The notes: a model not told the origin generated them from the sequence alone. A DNA stretch of 64,000 nt from Bdellovibrio sp. (GCA_036677065.1 JAKFBS010000002.1:576001-640000); one strand, 5' to 3'; shown: positions 41,470 to 52,795, counted from the stretch's first letter. Translations and numbers: made by a program.

Positions 41470-42075
41470 TTATAAATTACTTTGATTTTCGATAAACAAA
41501 TAAAACTGTGAATCTAAGTATCTTCTCATAAAGAAATACGGAGCTGGCGTTTTCATTTTCTTTCTGACTTCGCGCACACTGACTGGACGCACACATTTAA
41601 GCTCAAGAATTTTTTCAGTTTCACAAAGTTCAGAAACTTCTTCACCTCGTTCAAAATATTGAACGTAAATTTCGACACTTGGTTCAGTTTTTATTTTTTG
41701 CGCTAGCTCAGCAGGCAGCGGCGCATTTAGAACTTGAACGTACCAACAGTTTTCAGCGCAATTTGTTTGCAAAGCTTTGCGAAGATCAAAAAACGAAGGC
41801 TTGCTGTTAGTTTGATAGTGAGAAAGGACATTTTCAGGAATATGCGTAAAAGGCTCATCTTCTACACCCATATACCAAATTACATTTTTAGCTGTTTGAA
41901 AATCTGGAAACAATCGAAGTGCAATAGACTTTGCGATAAGTTCTGGCGCCGTGCCGATCTCTGTTGGGGCGATGACTCCCGCCGGGCGAAGCGCCGCACC
42001 TTGCTTCACTAGATAAAGCATTACACCAGAACCAATTAGAACAGCTGCAGCAAGCAGCGAGATAACTATTTTCAT
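41470..42075 (-). CDS. Hypothetical membrane-anchored protein
   Basis: N-terminal TM, 201-aa ORF. Confidence 0.55.
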   Translation of the reverse strand: MKIVISLLAAAVLIGSGVMLYLVKQGAALRPAGVIAPTEIGTAPELIAKSIALRLFPDFQTAKNVIWYMGVEDEPFTHIPENVLSHYQTNSKPSFFDLRKALQTNCAENCWYVQVLNAPLPAELAQKIKTEPSVEIYVQYFERGEEVSELCETEKILELKCVRPVSVREVRKKMKTPAPYFFMRRYLDSQFYLFIENQSNL

Positions 42076-42241
42076 ACAAAGTTAATCTACCGTACTTTTT
42101 CTTAGAATAAATGCCGCTCCTTGCTAAACAATTTTCTAAGTAGAATTGCTGATTATTTAGATTTATAAATTAAAAATTATCTATTATCTCTTCAGGAGAA
42201 TAAGCTGACATCCTACCTAGGACAGATTACCCTGAATTTCT

Positions 42242-43360
42242 ATGGAGAATTCACCTAACACAGAACAAACGAAGTTTGAGGCCGTTTTTTACGGTACCGA
42301 AGCTCCATTAGTTATCTTCAATGGCCCTGAGATGGCCTATGAAATGCTGAACGATACTTATCAATCGATTTATCCAGGCCGAAAGCTTTTAGGCAAACCA
42401 CTTCTTGAAGCCGTTCCTGAACTTGCACACTCACCTTTTCCGGGCATCTTAAAAAAAGTTTATGAAACCGGAGAAAATTTCATTTCGCATGAAGGTGTTG
42501 TTTATCTCAAAAATGAAATGACCGGCACAACAGAAGAGCGCTACTTTGATACCACATTTTCGCGTATTGATTATGGCGACGGGCAATTTCGCATCCTTGC
42601 AACACCCAAAGAAGTCACAGAAAAAGTTTTTGCCCGCAAAAAACTTGAACAAAGTTTACTTGAATTAGAAATCGAAAAAGAATTACGTGAAAAATTTGTT
42701 TCAGCACTGACACACGACTTGCGAACACCGCTTGCGGTGATAAAATTGAGTGCGCAAGTTTTAAAAATGAAAAATGCTGATGCGCAAGCCATCGATAAGA
42801 GCGTTCATCGCATATTGAGCAACACTGACCGGGCAGATCGCATGATTCATAATCTACTTGATGCCAATCGCTTAAAAGCCAATGAAGGCTTATCAGTCGT
42901 TACCCATGAATGCCAGCTTGAAGAAGTCATCGAGTACGCTATCAATGACCTTGAAGATCTTTATGGCAAAAGATTTGTGATAGATAATTCGATCGGTAAA
43001 ATCAAAGTCTACTGGGATAACATGGCTGTGCATCGCCTGATTGAAAACCTGGCCAGCAATGCCATTAAATACGGCTCAGAAGATACTCCCGTCACCATCA
43101 GAATCAAACGCGACGGCGATTGGCTGGAAGTCAGAGTCCACAATTTGGGAAATCCAATTTCTACTGAAGACCAAAAACTACTTTTTCACACCTACCAAAG
43201 AACCGAATGCGCCAAGGCCAGTAAACAAAAAGGCTGGGGCATCGGACTGTCGATTGTTCAGGGATTAGCGCAGGCCCATAACGGCTCGATTTCACTTGAA
43301 AGCTGTGCCGATCACGGGACTTCGTTCATCGTTCGTCTTCCGATAGATGCGCGAAAATAA
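42242..43360 (+). CDS. PAS-domain sensor histidine kinase
   Basis: GKPLLEAVPEL PAS_4-like segment; LTHDLRTPL; NAIKYG; GWGIGL. Confidence 0.9.
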   Translation: MENSPNTEQTKFEAVFYGTEAPLVIFNGPEMAYEMLNDTYQSIYPGRKLLGKPLLEAVPELAHSPFPGILKKVYETGENFISHEGVVYLKNEMTGTTEERYFDTTFSRIDYGDGQFRILATPKEVTEKVFARKKLEQSLLELEIEKELREKFVSALTHDLRTPLAVIKLSAQVLKMKNADAQAIDKSVHRILSNTDRADRMIHNLLDANRLKANEGLSVVTHECQLEEVIEYAINDLEDLYGKRFVIDNSIGKIKVYWDNMAVHRLIENLASNAIKYGSEDTPVTIRIKRDGDWLEVRVHNLGNPISTEDQKLLFHTYQRTECAKASKQKGWGIGLSIVQGLAQAHNGSISLESCADHGTSFIVRLPIDARK

Positions 43361-43372
43361 TTTATTTTAAAA

Positions 43373-44524
43373 TTAAGTGAGCCCTAAATAGCCCATGACT
43401 GCTGCGGCAAGAATTAACCAAGCTGAATTTAATTTAAACCGCATAAGCAAAACTAAGCTTAGAGCAAGCATAAGACCAAAATAGATTGAAATATCACTTG
43501 ATCGAAATAATAAGATCGAAGTCCCCAGCATTAGGCTTAAAGAAGAAATATTCAATCCATCAAGAGCATGCGAAATTTTTTTTGATTTTCTAAGTCTTGG
43601 TAAAAATGGTGCACTTAAGGCCACGAATACGAAGGCTGGCAAAAATATACCTAAAGTAGCCATGACTGCACCTAGATTTCCGGCAATGACATAACCAATA
43701 AAGGTAGCGGTCGTGAATACCGGACCAGGAGTGAACTGGCCAACTGCGATGGCATCCACAAGTTGCTGCTGATTAATCCATTGATACTTTATAACTAAAT
43801 CACTTTGAAGAAAGGCAACCAGCACGTATCCACTGCCGAATAAAACCGAACCAATTTTAGCAAAATAAAAAAAGAGTTGGTTTATGGATGCATTATTTAG
43901 TGACGCCACGAAGCTAGCGGCTTTTGCACCTGATTGATGTAAAAAAGGTGCCAACATCAAAATACCGAGACCAGAAAAACTGTTTCGTTCTCGCCATATT
44001 AAATTCAATACAGCCGCAGAAAATAAAATAACTAACTCATTTACGCCAAACACATAAGCTACTAACGAACCACCAGCCAAAACAAAATGGCCCATATTTT
44101 TAATGGCTGATTTTGAAAGGTTATACACCGCATGAAATATGATCGCGATGATCACGGGAACAGTAGCTGCAAAGATCGCTTTAAAGGCTGGTAAAGAGCC
44201 AAACTTCATATAAAACCAGGCTATCGCCCATACAATTAAAAAGGCCGGTAAAATAAAACACACACCCGCTGCGATAAGACCACGCCACCCGGCTTTTTTG
44301 TACCCGATATGAATAGCTAATTCTGTCGAATTTGGACCAGGAATAAGATTTGTTGCTCCCAGTAAATCCAAAAATTCTTCTTTAGAAAGCCATTTTTTCT
44401 TTTGCACCAGATCGCTTTCCATCATCGCAATATGAGCGGCCGGGCCACCAAATGCCGTGGTTCCAAGCTTTAAAAAACTGAGCGCTATTTCTTTAATTGA
44501 AACTTGTTTGTCGTTAGCATTCAT
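43373..44524 (-). CDS. chrA: Chromate efflux transporter
   Basis: FGGPAAHIAM, LIPGPNSTE, FGSGYVL, GQFTPGPVFT. Confidence 0.92.
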   Translation of the reverse strand: MNANDKQVSIKEIALSFLKLGTTAFGGPAAHIAMMESDLVQKKKWLSKEEFLDLLGATNLIPGPNSTELAIHIGYKKAGWRGLIAAGVCFILPAFLIVWAIAWFYMKFGSLPAFKAIFAATVPVIIAIIFHAVYNLSKSAIKNMGHFVLAGGSLVAYVFGVNELVILFSAAVLNLIWRERNSFSGLGILMLAPFLHQSGAKAASFVASLNNASINQLFFYFAKIGSVLFGSGYVLVAFLQSDLVIKYQWINQQQLVDAIAVGQFTPGPVFTTATFIGYVIAGNLGAVMATLGIFLPAFVFVALSAPFLPRLRKSKKISHALDGLNISSLSLMLGTSILLFRSSDISIYFGLMLALSLVLLMRFKLNSAWLILAAAVMGYLGLT

Positions 44525-45017
44525 AAAGTAATTTAGTCTTCTGTACGTTAATTGATTTATTTTCCGGTATTTCAGCAAAAAACTCCAGCTGCCAAGTTTG
44601 TGTCTTGCAGGCCTGCTTACTTTCGGTTTTATCCCACGGCGGATACACTCTTAAGGCGCGCTTACCGCCTTTTCCATTAACTGCAATCACGCCCTGCTTA
44701 ATTAAAGCAGCTTTTGAAAAAACAAACTGTCCGAAATGATTTTTTGCCGCAACAGTCACGATCAATAAATCAACATCATCAGAACTATCATAGGGCTGAA
44801 TTACTTTTGTCGGCGGTCGCTTCCAAAAAGTAACAAATTGTCCAACTTTAGTTGGAGTAATCTTGGCATGCCGGTAATACACAGATTTATTATTAAGCTT
44901 AAAGGTGTGCGCATGATATTCTGCACTTTCATCTTCTTTTTGCAGCTGAGAAACTTTGAGCTTACAAACTTCAAAGACTTGTTCACGCAAAATAGTAAAA
45001 GTAGCCGAAAAATCCAT
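44514..45017 (-). CDS. MepB-family protein
   Basis: AKITPTKVGQFVT.WKR, GKRALRVYPPW, KTQ.WQ. Confidence 0.85.
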   Translation of the reverse strand: MDFSATFTILREQVFEVCKLKVSQLQKEDESAEYHAHTFKLNNKSVYYRHAKITPTKVGQFVTFWKRPPTKVIQPYDSSDDVDLLIVTVAAKNHFGQFVFSKAALIKQGVIAVNGKGGKRALRVYPPWDKTESKQACKTQTWQLEFFAEIPENKSINVQKTKLLYEC

Positions 45018-45190
45018 ATTAAACCTTAGGAGGAAGTTAAAATATTAAACTCGAACAAAAACCATAAGCCAATGCAATTCTAGCGAATGCTCCAAATTCT
45101 ACGAGCAAAAGCACAGGCCGATGCGTTGACAATACCTTCTATATTTCGCTACATGTGCCTAAACAAATCAAACACTAAAAAGGAGTTCCT

Positions 45191-45466
45191 ATGAAAGCAG
45201 TTATTCTTTCTATCGCCGTTCTTGTTTCATCTTCAGCAATGGCATTTGTAGATGTTCCGTCTTTTCCAACTGAAAGCGGCTGGGCAAAAGCGATGACACA
45301 AAAAGCATGTGACATGAAATTTTCTAATTCAGCTGTGGGCACAATTCAAAAACACGCAAATGGTTCTGTAACTTACACTGTTTACAATAAACATGGCCAA
45401 GTTATCGCAGCTGCGGCAGCATCTTCTGAATTTATCGGTGCTAAAAAAGTTTGCTTAACTAAATAA
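45191..45466 (+). CDS. Small secreted protein
   Basis: AAGGAG RBS, signal peptide ending SAMA, two Cys. Confidence 0.7.
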   Translation: MKAVILSIAVLVSSSAMAFVDVPSFPTESGWAKAMTQKACDMKFSNSAVGTIQKHANGSVTYTVYNKHGQVIAAAAASSEFIGAKKVCLTK

Positions 45467-45502
45467 TCTATCGAAATAGGTTGGCGCTAAAATCGGCCCA
45501 GC

Positions 45503-46897
45503 CTATTTCATATAAGAAGCTTTAAATTTACGACCCTTGATTTTATTCGCCGTTAGTTTTTGCAAAGCCTTACCGGCGACCGAAAAAGAAACCGCAACAT
45601 AAGTAAATGTATCATGAAGTTCGATTTTTCCGATATCAGCTGCTGCGATGGCCTCCGGCTGCGAAGTCAATGTGCCGATAACATCTCCCGGCCGAAGTTT
45701 ATCTTTACGGCCACCAGAAATATATATCATTTTCATTTTGGGCTGCTGTAGAGTTTTTGCGATAACGGCTTTGCCTTTTAAATTCAGCTCAAAACGATTA
45801 AATGGTTTTCCCATCACACGTTCTAGCTCTTCAACTTTCGAAGCCTCGTAAGCATCTGCAATTGAAACCGCGACACCTTTTTTACCGGCGCGGCCCGTGC
45901 GGCCAATGCGATGAAGATAAATATCGGTCGTCGATGGTAAATCAAAATTGATAACTAATTCTAAATGATCAATATCAATACCGCGGGCTGCCACATCTGT
46001 TGCAACCAATACACGCAAGCTGCCGCTGCGAAAACGAGCCATCGTCTGGTCACGTTGCACTTGCTCAAGATCGCCATGCAATGCACTTGTCGCCACATCA
46101 GCTTCACGTAAGAGTTCGTTGATTTCAGCAACAGCAGCTTTCGTGCGGCAAAAAATCAAAACACTGTTTGCTGGGTGCTGCTGAAGAATTCGCATAAGAG
46201 TATCAATTTTTTCAGACTTTTCAGCGGTATAAAGAAATTGCTCGATCAGTGGTGCAGATTTTACTTCTTGCAAGACACTGACGATCTTAGGATTTTTTTG
46301 ATATTTCTGACTAAGCTGTTCAATGCTTTCAGGAAAGGTTGCAGAAAAAAAGACGGTCTGTCTTTTTGAAGGCAAAAGTTCAATAATTTGCGTGACCTCT
46401 TCAGTAAAACCTTCATCTAACATTCGATCGGCTTCATCTAAAACCAACGTTTTTAAATCCGTCTGATCAAAAAGTCTATTTTTAAGAAACTCTAAAGTAC
46501 GCCCTGGAGTACCGACAATAATTTGCGCACCCATTTCTAAAGATTTAATTTGTGCTGCCGATGATTGGCCGCCAACTAAAGCCATCACTTGAATATTTTT
46601 AAGCCCTTTAGAAAATTTGCGAATCTCTTGCAGAATTTGTTCACACAATTCTCGCGTTGGCGCCAAAATTAAGGCCTGTGGAGTTTTATCTTCTTTACGT
46701 ATTTTTTGTAAAATCGGAAGTGCAAAGGCTGCGGTCTTGCCGCTTCCTGTTTGCGATCTTCCAACCAGATCATGGCCCTCTAGTAAAAGAGGAATGCTTG
46801 CGGCTTGAATAGGAGTCATTTGCACATAACCCAAATTTTGGACCGAGGCTAAAATTTCTGGGGATAATTTTAAAAGTTTAAAGCTGTTCGATTCCAT
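45503..46897 (-). CDS. dbpA: ATP-dependent 23S rRNA helicase DbpA
   Basis: Q motif, SQTGSGKT, DEAD, SAT, HRIGRTGR; C-terminal GGRKDKLRPGD RNA-binding domain. Start 46897 or 46933. Confidence 0.88.
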   Translation of the reverse strand: MESNSFKLLKLSPEILASVQNLGYVQMTPIQAASIPLLLEGHDLVGRSQTGSGKTAAFALPILQKIRKEDKTPQALILAPTRELCEQILQEIRKFSKGLKNIQVMALVGGQSSAAQIKSLEMGAQIIVGTPGRTLEFLKNRLFDQTDLKTLVLDEADRMLDEGFTEEVTQIIELLPSKRQTVFFSATFPESIEQLSQKYQKNPKIVSVLQEVKSAPLIEQFLYTAEKSEKIDTLMRILQQHPANSVLIFCRTKAAVAEINELLREADVATSALHGDLEQVQRDQTMARFRSGSLRVLVATDVAARGIDIDHLELVINFDLPSTTDIYLHRIGRTGRAGKKGVAVSIADAYEASKVEELERVMGKPFNRFELNLKGKAVIAKTLQQPKMKMIYISGGRKDKLRPGDVIGTLTSQPEAIAAADIGKIELHDTFTYVAVSFSVAGKALQKLTANKIKGRKFKASYMK

Positions 46898-46929
46898 TTC
46901 ATTAATGTAGTTCAAAGTATCCAGGATAG

Positions 46930-47457
46930 TCAAAGACGATAGACTTTTTCAAGGCTTAATGCCGCTGTGGCAGCATTGGCTGATGTCAGAAAGGGCGCTG
47001 TGACTAGGCCATGAATAAAAGCGTGAATAATAATGATGTCGCCTTCAAGTAAGCTTGGAAATATTTGTTTAAGCATGGCTTGAAACTTCTTTTCAACTTG
47101 TATCAGCTCTAATTTTATCCACGAATCTTGCGTGCGCCATTTTTGATAAAACAAAACAATTTCAAAGTTTTTTATTAAAAAATTACGCGTAAATTCAATT
47201 CGCTTATGAAATGGCATTGGCGCCTGTTCATCTCTGAATCCATAAAATTCAAAAGTAAAAATCTGCAATGAGTTTTTTAGTATTTCTTCTTTCGTGCTTC
47301 CCAAGTAACGATAAATCAATGAACGACTTACTTTTGATTTTGCTTCTAGCTCTGTCACCTTCCATTTCAAGTGCCCCTTGCTAGATTCAAGCTTTAAAAC
47401 ACAGACAGATAACTTTAGAAGAGTGGCTTCTTTTTTGGGTAATACTGTTGCTTCCAT
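46930..47457 (-). CDS. TetR-like transcriptional regulator
   Basis: N-terminal HTH VSRSLIYRYLGSTKEEIL; HGLV in the C-terminal domain. Confidence 0.65.
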   Translation of the reverse strand: MEATVLPKKEATLLKLSVCVLKLESSKGHLKWKVTELEAKSKVSRSLIYRYLGSTKEEILKNSLQIFTFEFYGFRDEQAPMPFHKRIEFTRNFLIKNFEIVLFYQKWRTQDSWIKLELIQVEKKFQAMLKQIFPSLLEGDIIIIHAFIHGLVTAPFLTSANAATAALSLEKVYRL

Positions 47458-47576
47458 AATAAGATGATATGAAGCTCTGAGCCAAAAGAACAGGTCAAAA
47501 ATCGCGAAAAGTGTAGACTCAATATTGTCGTAAAAAAAACGTGAAGTGCTAACGTCTTAAAAAAACGGGAGTTACT

Positions 47577-48056
47577 ATGAAAAACATTTTATTAAGTTCA
47601 GTTGTTCTAACATTTCTCAGCATCAACGCCGCTGCCGCAGTGAGTGACAATCTGACCTCTTTTGTAAGCTATTCAGGCAATTACACAGTGTTTATTGAAG
47701 CTGGCTCATATTGCTCGCACGCTTATCAGTCTTTACAATTAGAAGTTAAGCCTCAACAGCAAACTGTTACCGAAACTTTCATAGGCGATGGCGCTATGCA
47801 CGGCCAACCGACAGCTGGCGTACAAGATCTTTCAGTCAGTGTAAATGACACCTACGAACTGCCAAGCTCTACCGGTCGCAGGCTTCAACGTGTAGTTGTA
47901 AAAAAACATGCGATTATCGTACAAGAATCTACATTTGCCCCGTTTTATGGTTTATTTGGAAAATGGAAAGACAACGAAGCTTTATTAACATTTCATAAAG
48001 ATGGAGCTATCTCTGTTTATCGTGGCGGATATAACTGTAAATTTATCAAAGAATAA
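47577..48056 (+). CDS. Secreted hypothetical protein
   Basis: GGGAG RBS, signal peptide, terminal Cys pair. Confidence 0.65.
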   Translation: MKNILLSSVVLTFLSINAAAAVSDNLTSFVSYSGNYTVFIEAGSYCSHAYQSLQLEVKPQQQTVTETFIGDGAMHGQPTAGVQDLSVSVNDTYELPSSTGRRLQRVVVKKHAIIVQESTFAPFYGLFGKWKDNEALLTFHKDGAISVYRGGYNCKFIKE

Positions 48057-48168
48057 TTTGTTTTTACCCTGAAGCTGCGGGTTTTTGGGACAAAATTCCT
48101 GTTAAGATGAAATATAATTTCGAAATTTGCTTGCCCTGATAATTGCAGATAAAAAGGCATTATCAATT

Positions 48169-48675
48169 ATGACAGAAATAAAAATTCGACAACTTACAGA
48201 AAATGATTGGCCCATGTACCGCGAAATTCGCTCGGAAGCTCTTGCACAGGAGCCCGAGTTTTTTACGTCTTGCGAAGATGAATCAAACTTTATTTCAGAA
48301 AACTGGATTGAACATATAACCAATAAAAATGGCGCCATATTTGGGTTATTTCACAAAGGCCAGATTATTGGGGTGACTAGTATTCATCGCGAAAACGATG
48401 ACCCAAAAAGCTATCGCGCCTGGATGGGCTCAAGCTACATCAAACCCGAATTTCGTGGAAATCATCTATCCGATTTACTTTTTGAGACCCGAATCGAATG
48501 GGCAAAAAATCAAGGTAATATCATTGCTTTAGTCGTAGCTCATCGTGACAACAATCTGGTTTCTAAAAAAGCCATTCAACATAATGGATTTAAGTTTATT
48601 GGTTCACGCACAAAAACTTACTTAGATGGCAAGCCCGCAGCATCTTTAGTTTACGAACGAGATTTAACTAAGTAA
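48169..48675 (+). CDS. GNAT-family N-acetyltransferase
   Basis: YREIRSEAL..EP..F, YIKPEFRG, N..S.KAI...GF. Confidence 0.82.
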   Translation: MTEIKIRQLTENDWPMYREIRSEALAQEPEFFTSCEDESNFISENWIEHITNKNGAIFGLFHKGQIIGVTSIHRENDDPKSYRAWMGSSYIKPEFRGNHLSDLLFETRIEWAKNQGNIIALVVAHRDNNLVSKKAIQHNGFKFIGSRTKTYLDGKPAASLVYERDLTK

Positions 48676-48681
48676 GAGTTC

Positions 48682-51009
48682 TCATAACCCCGTCTTTTTC
48701 AATCTCAATGCATTTGCAATAACCGACACAGAACTTAAACTCATGGCCGCTGCAGCGATCATCGGACTTAAAAGAACTCCGAAGAATGGATAAAGAACAC
48801 CTGCAGCCACAGGAATACCTAAAGCATTATAAAAAAATGCAAAAAACAAATTTTGTCTGATATTTCTGATAGTTCCTTCACTTAAGGCCCGCGCCCGCAC
48901 GATTCCAACAAGATCGCCCTTAATCAAAGTAATTCCGGCGCTTTGTATGGCTACATCCGTACCTGTACCCATAGCAATTCCCACTTGGGCTTGCGCTAAT
49001 GCAGGAGCATCGTTAATTCCATCGCCCGCCATGCCTACAAATCTTCCTTCAGCCTGCAATTTCTTAACAATGTCGGCTTTGCCTTGCGGCAGAATGTCTG
49101 CAAAATAACCATTAAGACCGACTTTGTCTGCCACTACCTTAGCCGTCTTTTCGTTATCACCGGTAATCATTACAACTTTAATTCCAGCTTTACGTAATTG
49201 CTGAATAGCTGCGATCGTCGTTTCCTTGATTGGGTCTATGACTCCTAATAGTCCTGCCATCTTTCCATCGATCGCGACATACATAACTGTTTGCCCATCG
49301 CTGCGCAGTGAATTTGCTTCTGCTTCACTGTTGTCTAATGAAATTCCCAAATCAGTGATAAGTGCTTTATTACCAATTGCGGTTTTTTTACCTGAGATTA
49401 CAGCAGTTGCGCCTTTACCCGTAATCGATTTAAAATCTTCAACAGGCAATAGAGAAATTTGTTTTTCTTTGGCTCCATTAACTATCGCTGCTGCCAGCGG
49501 ATGTTCACTGGCGCGTTCAAGACTTGCTGATAGCGACAGAAGTTCTGTCTCAGTTAAAGAAAATGATTTTACAGTTACAAGTTTTGGTTTTCCTAAAGTC
49601 AAAGTTCCTGTTTTATCAATTACCAGAGTATCCACTTTTCTCATCAATTCGATAGCTTCAGCGTTTCTAAATAAAACGCCCATCGTGGCGCCTCGGCCCG
49701 TCGCAACCATAATCGACATAGGTGTCGCTAATCCTAGAGCACAAGGGCACGCAATAATTAAAACGGCTACGGCATTAATAATCGCATGTGCGATCTTTGG
49801 TTCTGGCCCCCAAAAAGACCATACAACAAATGTAATCACGGCAGAAAGAATAACTGCCGGCACAAAATAAGCTGAGACCTGATCCACTAATTTTTGAATT
49901 GGTGCTCTTGACCTCTGCGCCTCTGCGACCATGTGAACGATTTGCGATAGTAAAGTATCTTTACCAACTTTTTCTGCGCCGATAACTATTGATCCAGTAC
50001 CATTGATAGTTGCACCTATAACTTTGGTGTTGATCGTTTTTGCAACCGGAAAAGATTCTCCGGTAACCATTGATTCATCAATCGAAGTCTCTCCAAGAAT
50101 TACGATGCCATCAACTGGAACTTTTTCTCCTGGCCTTACTCTTAGTTTATCTCCCACTTGAATCGATTCAAGCGGCACATCTTTTTCTGAACCATCAGCA
50201 AATATTTTTCGAGCCTCTTTGGGTGCCAGCTGAAGAAGAGATTTTATGGCGGCACTGGTTTGTCCACGAGCTTTTAGTTCCAAGACCTGGCCTAAAAGAA
50301 CCAGAGCCACAATCACTGCGGCGGCCTCAAAATACAAACCTACTTCACCCGACATCGGATCCAAAAAAGAATCCGGAAAAATATTCGGAAATAAAACCGC
50401 CACAAAACTATAAAGATATGCCACGCCAACTCCGAGGCCAATCAAAGTAAACATATTTAGGGATTTATTTTTTAGTGACTGCCAAAATTTTTCAAAAAAA
50501 GGCCAGCCACACCAAAGTACGACCGGAGTCGCAAGTGCTAATTCAATATATTTAAACAAACCGTGGGCGTTGGAAAAAAGATGTTTCCCGCCCATAGCCA
50601 AAAACAAAAGTGGAAGGCTGAGTGCAGTGCTTATCCAAAACCGCTTGTTCATCATAAGGTATTCAGAATTATCGTCTTCTTGATTTGCCGATAATACTGC
50701 AGGCTCTAATGCCATTCCGCAAATGGGGCAACTGCCGGGTCCTTTTTGTCGAACCTCCGGATGCATAGGACAGGTATATTCAACATCGCTTTGAACTGGT
50801 TTTTGCTGTTGTACTGGCGATAAATATCTCTGCGGTTCCTGTTCAAACTTACTTTTACATTTAATGCTGCAAAAGTGATAGTCATGGCCTTGAAAAACAA
50901 CGTGACCGCCTTTTGCATTTTGCGGATTAACTTTCATACCGCAAACTGGATCAAGAACAGTTCCAGACTGAGTGTAATTTGAGTGTTGGTGAGGCGCATG
51001 TTCGTTCAT
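48682..51009 (-). CDS. copA: Cu(I)/Ag(I)-exporting P1B-type ATPase with YHS and heavy-metal-binding domains
   Basis: [52 protein letters not shown] and MSLSS. Confidence 0.93.
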   Translation of the reverse strand: MNEHAPHQHSNYTQSGTVLDPVCGMKVNPQNAKGGHVVFQGHDYHFCSIKCKSKFEQEPQRYLSPVQQQKPVQSDVEYTCPMHPEVRQKGPGSCPICGMALEPAVLSANQEDDNSEYLMMNKRFWISTALSLPLLFLAMGGKHLFSNAHGLFKYIELALATPVVLWCGWPFFEKFWQSLKNKSLNMFTLIGLGVGVAYLYSFVAVLFPNIFPDSFLDPMSGEVGLYFEAAAVIVALVLLGQVLELKARGQTSAAIKSLLQLAPKEARKIFADGSEKDVPLESIQVGDKLRVRPGEKVPVDGIVILGETSIDESMVTGESFPVAKTINTKVIGATINGTGSIVIGAEKVGKDTLLSQIVHMVAEAQRSRAPIQKLVDQVSAYFVPAVILSAVITFVVWSFWGPEPKIAHAIINAVAVLIIACPCALGLATPMSIMVATGRGATMGVLFRNAEAIELMRKVDTLVIDKTGTLTLGKPKLVTVKSFSLTETELLSLSASLERASEHPLAAAIVNGAKEKQISLLPVEDFKSITGKGATAVISGKKTAIGNKALITDLGISLDNSEAEANSLRSDGQTVMYVAIDGKMAGLLGVIDPIKETTIAAIQQLRKAGIKVVMITGDNEKTAKVVADKVGLNGYFADILPQGKADIVKKLQAEGRFVGMAGDGINDAPALAQAQVGIAMGTGTDVAIQSAGITLIKGDLVGIVRARALSEGTIRNIRQNLFFAFFYNALGIPVAAGVLYPFFGVLLSPMIAAAAMSLSSVSVIANALRLKKTGL

Positions 51010-51111
51010 ATTTTTCCTTTAAGATGATATTAACGGTAGCAAGTGGCATACCGCATGCAAGTAGAGCTATAAACGAACTCATGAATTGTTAAACATAATC
51101 TCATGAAAAAC

Positions 51112-51151
51112 TTGTGACGATTTGTCATTTTTAACTGACAAATCGTCACAA
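51112..51151. promoter_or_regulatory. Perfect 16-bp inverted repeat, probable metal-responsive regulator site
   Basis: ttgtgacgatttgtca-N8-tgacaaatcgtcacaa between copA and the Met-rich gene. Confidence 0.6.
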
Positions 51152-51171
51152 AAAAACATAAAGGAAAAACC

Positions 51172-51450
51172 ATGAATCTGACAATAAAATCAATGTTAGC
51201 TGCTTTTGTATTAACTGGATTTATTGCTGTTGCAAATGCCGAAGAAGTAAAACCCGAAGTAAAAAAAGACGACAAGTCTGAAATGGGTATGATGCACAAA
51301 ATGGATATGAAACAGATGCACAGCATGATGGACGAATGCATGAATACGCACAAAGATAAAAAAATGTGTAAGCACGACATGATGGAAAAATGCGAAAAGC
51401 AAATGACTAAAGACGAATGCGCTAAAATGATGAAAAAAGTTAAAAAATAA
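51172..51450 (+). CDS. Periplasmic Met/His/Cys-rich small protein, putative copper binder
   Basis: Signal peptide ending ANA; mature part has 15 Met, 4 His, 4 Cys; divergent from copA. Confidence 0.7.
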   Translation: MNLTIKSMLAAFVLTGFIAVANAEEVKPEVKKDDKSEMGMMHKMDMKQMHSMMDECMNTHKDKKMCKHDMMEKCEKQMTKDECAKMMKKVKK

Positions 51451-51465
51451 GATTACAAAATTTAA

Positions 51466-51966
51466 CTAAGTAAGCGTTTTTAAAATTTTATCGATTTCAG
51501 GGCCTACTCGTTCACAAAGACGCGTAAGCTCTTTAGCCAATAGAGTTTCAAATTTTTCATCTGTAGCATCTAAGTACTTTGTAAAGGGCTGTTGACCGTA
51601 TTTACCCGTTCTGAACTCATAGCCTTCCCATGATGATACTTCATCATAGATTTGATCTACTAAGGGCTTGGCGAATTCTTTACGTGAAATTTCCGTTCCA
51701 GGAATTTCATCAGCGTGAAGTGCATGCAACGTCACGTAGGTCTTTTTTTGTTTTTTAGGGTTTAAATCAAAATAAGATTCAAAGTGAATCCCCTGACGTT
51801 CGTCATTAAACCAATTCTTTTTAAAAACCTGTAAAGTTATACCATCTGGATTTTTTGCTGGAAATGGATGAACTGACACAATCCAACGGTCTTTTTTAAA
51901 CCAAGGCTTGGCTTGAAGTAATTTTTCAACTTTTTTAAAACGCGAGATCAAACCATCTATTTCCAT
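51466..51966 (-). CDS. Hypothetical protein
   Basis: 166-aa ORF filling the gap; LQVFKKNWFN...GIHFES. Confidence 0.6.
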   Translation of the reverse strand: MEIDGLISRFKKVEKLLQAKPWFKKDRWIVSVHPFPAKNPDGITLQVFKKNWFNDERQGIHFESYFDLNPKKQKKTYVTLHALHADEIPGTEISRKEFAKPLVDQIYDEVSSWEGYEFRTGKYGQQPFTKYLDATDEKFETLLAKELTRLCERVGPEIDKILKTLT

Positions 51967-52009
51967 GAGCCTGATATATAACTATCTTTGATTTTTTAAA
52001 AGCAAAATG

Positions 52010-52041
52010 AAACGCACTGACTTTAAAACCAGTGCGTTTTT
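52010..52041. terminator. Stem-loop terminator after the SDR gene
   Basis: aaacgcactg-N10-cagtgcgttt with flanking A/T tracts. Confidence 0.6.
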
Positions 52042-52057
52042 AAGATAAGATTAATCT

Positions 52058-52795
52058 TTAGATTTGTCCAAGACCACCATCTGCCATAAGCTCTGCCCCG
52101 ACAACGTAACTTGAATCGTCACTTGCCAAGAAAAGCGCAGCTTTTGCCATTTCGTCTGGCTGCCCTAGTCTCTTAATTGGAGCTGATTCTCCGAATTGGT
52201 GAGCGGCTGCTAGCGGAAGCCCCATTTTATCAAATATGGGCGTCTCAATCGGTCCTGGTGAAAGTACGTTGAAACGTACATCTGAAACCGGAAATTCTGC
52301 ACTCCAACTACGTGCAAAGTTTCTTACTGCTGCTTTTGTCGCAGAATAAACACTCGAGCCAACAAAACCTTTACTCGCTACTATTGAGGCCGTCAAAACA
52401 ACGGCACTTCCCTTATTTAAATGGGGGATGGCTTTAGCGACTGTGAAGTAGAGACCTTTGACGTTTGTATTAAATTGATTATCAAAATATTCAGGAGTCA
52501 CTTCAACAGTAGGAGCAAATCCAGCAATCCCTGCGTTTGCAAAAAGAATATCGAATTTACCGTATTTCGTTTTAATATGAGCATAAAGACGATCAATCTC
52601 ACTAAGTTGACTCACATCGGCCTGAACAACATCAAACATTGCTCCATACTCAAGTTTCGCTTTTTCGAAAGTTTCAGCTGAGCGCGCTGTAATGATAACT
52701 TTTGCCCCCTGCTCTTTAAATAGTTTAGCCGTCGCTAAGCCAATGCCCGAGTTTCCACCTGTAATAAGAGCCACTTTGTTTGTTAATTTAGCCAT
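52058..52795 (-). CDS. Short-chain dehydrogenase/reductase
   Basis: TGGNSGIG, FANAG, YSATK, SPGPIETP. Confidence 0.93.
   Translation of the reverse strand: MAKLTNKVALITGGNSGIGLATAKLFKEQGAKVIITARSAETFEKAKLEYGAMFDVVQADVSQLSEIDRLYAHIKTKYGKFDILFANAGIAGFAPTVEVTPEYFDNQFNTNVKGLYFTVAKAIPHLNKGSAVVLTASIVASKGFVGSSVYSATKAAVRNFARSWSAEFPVSDVRFNVLSPGPIETPIFDKMGLPLAAAHQFGESAPIKRLGQPDEMAKAALFLASDDSSYVVGAELMADGGLGQI

Noticed and set aside
42119..42129. 11-bp match (ccttgctaaac) to the att-like repeat
   Set aside because: No tRNA core or flanking similarity; plausible by chance.
49226..50450. Long antisense ORFs within copA (and similar ones inside other genes)
   Set aside because: Shadow frames of well-supported genes with no independent motifs.
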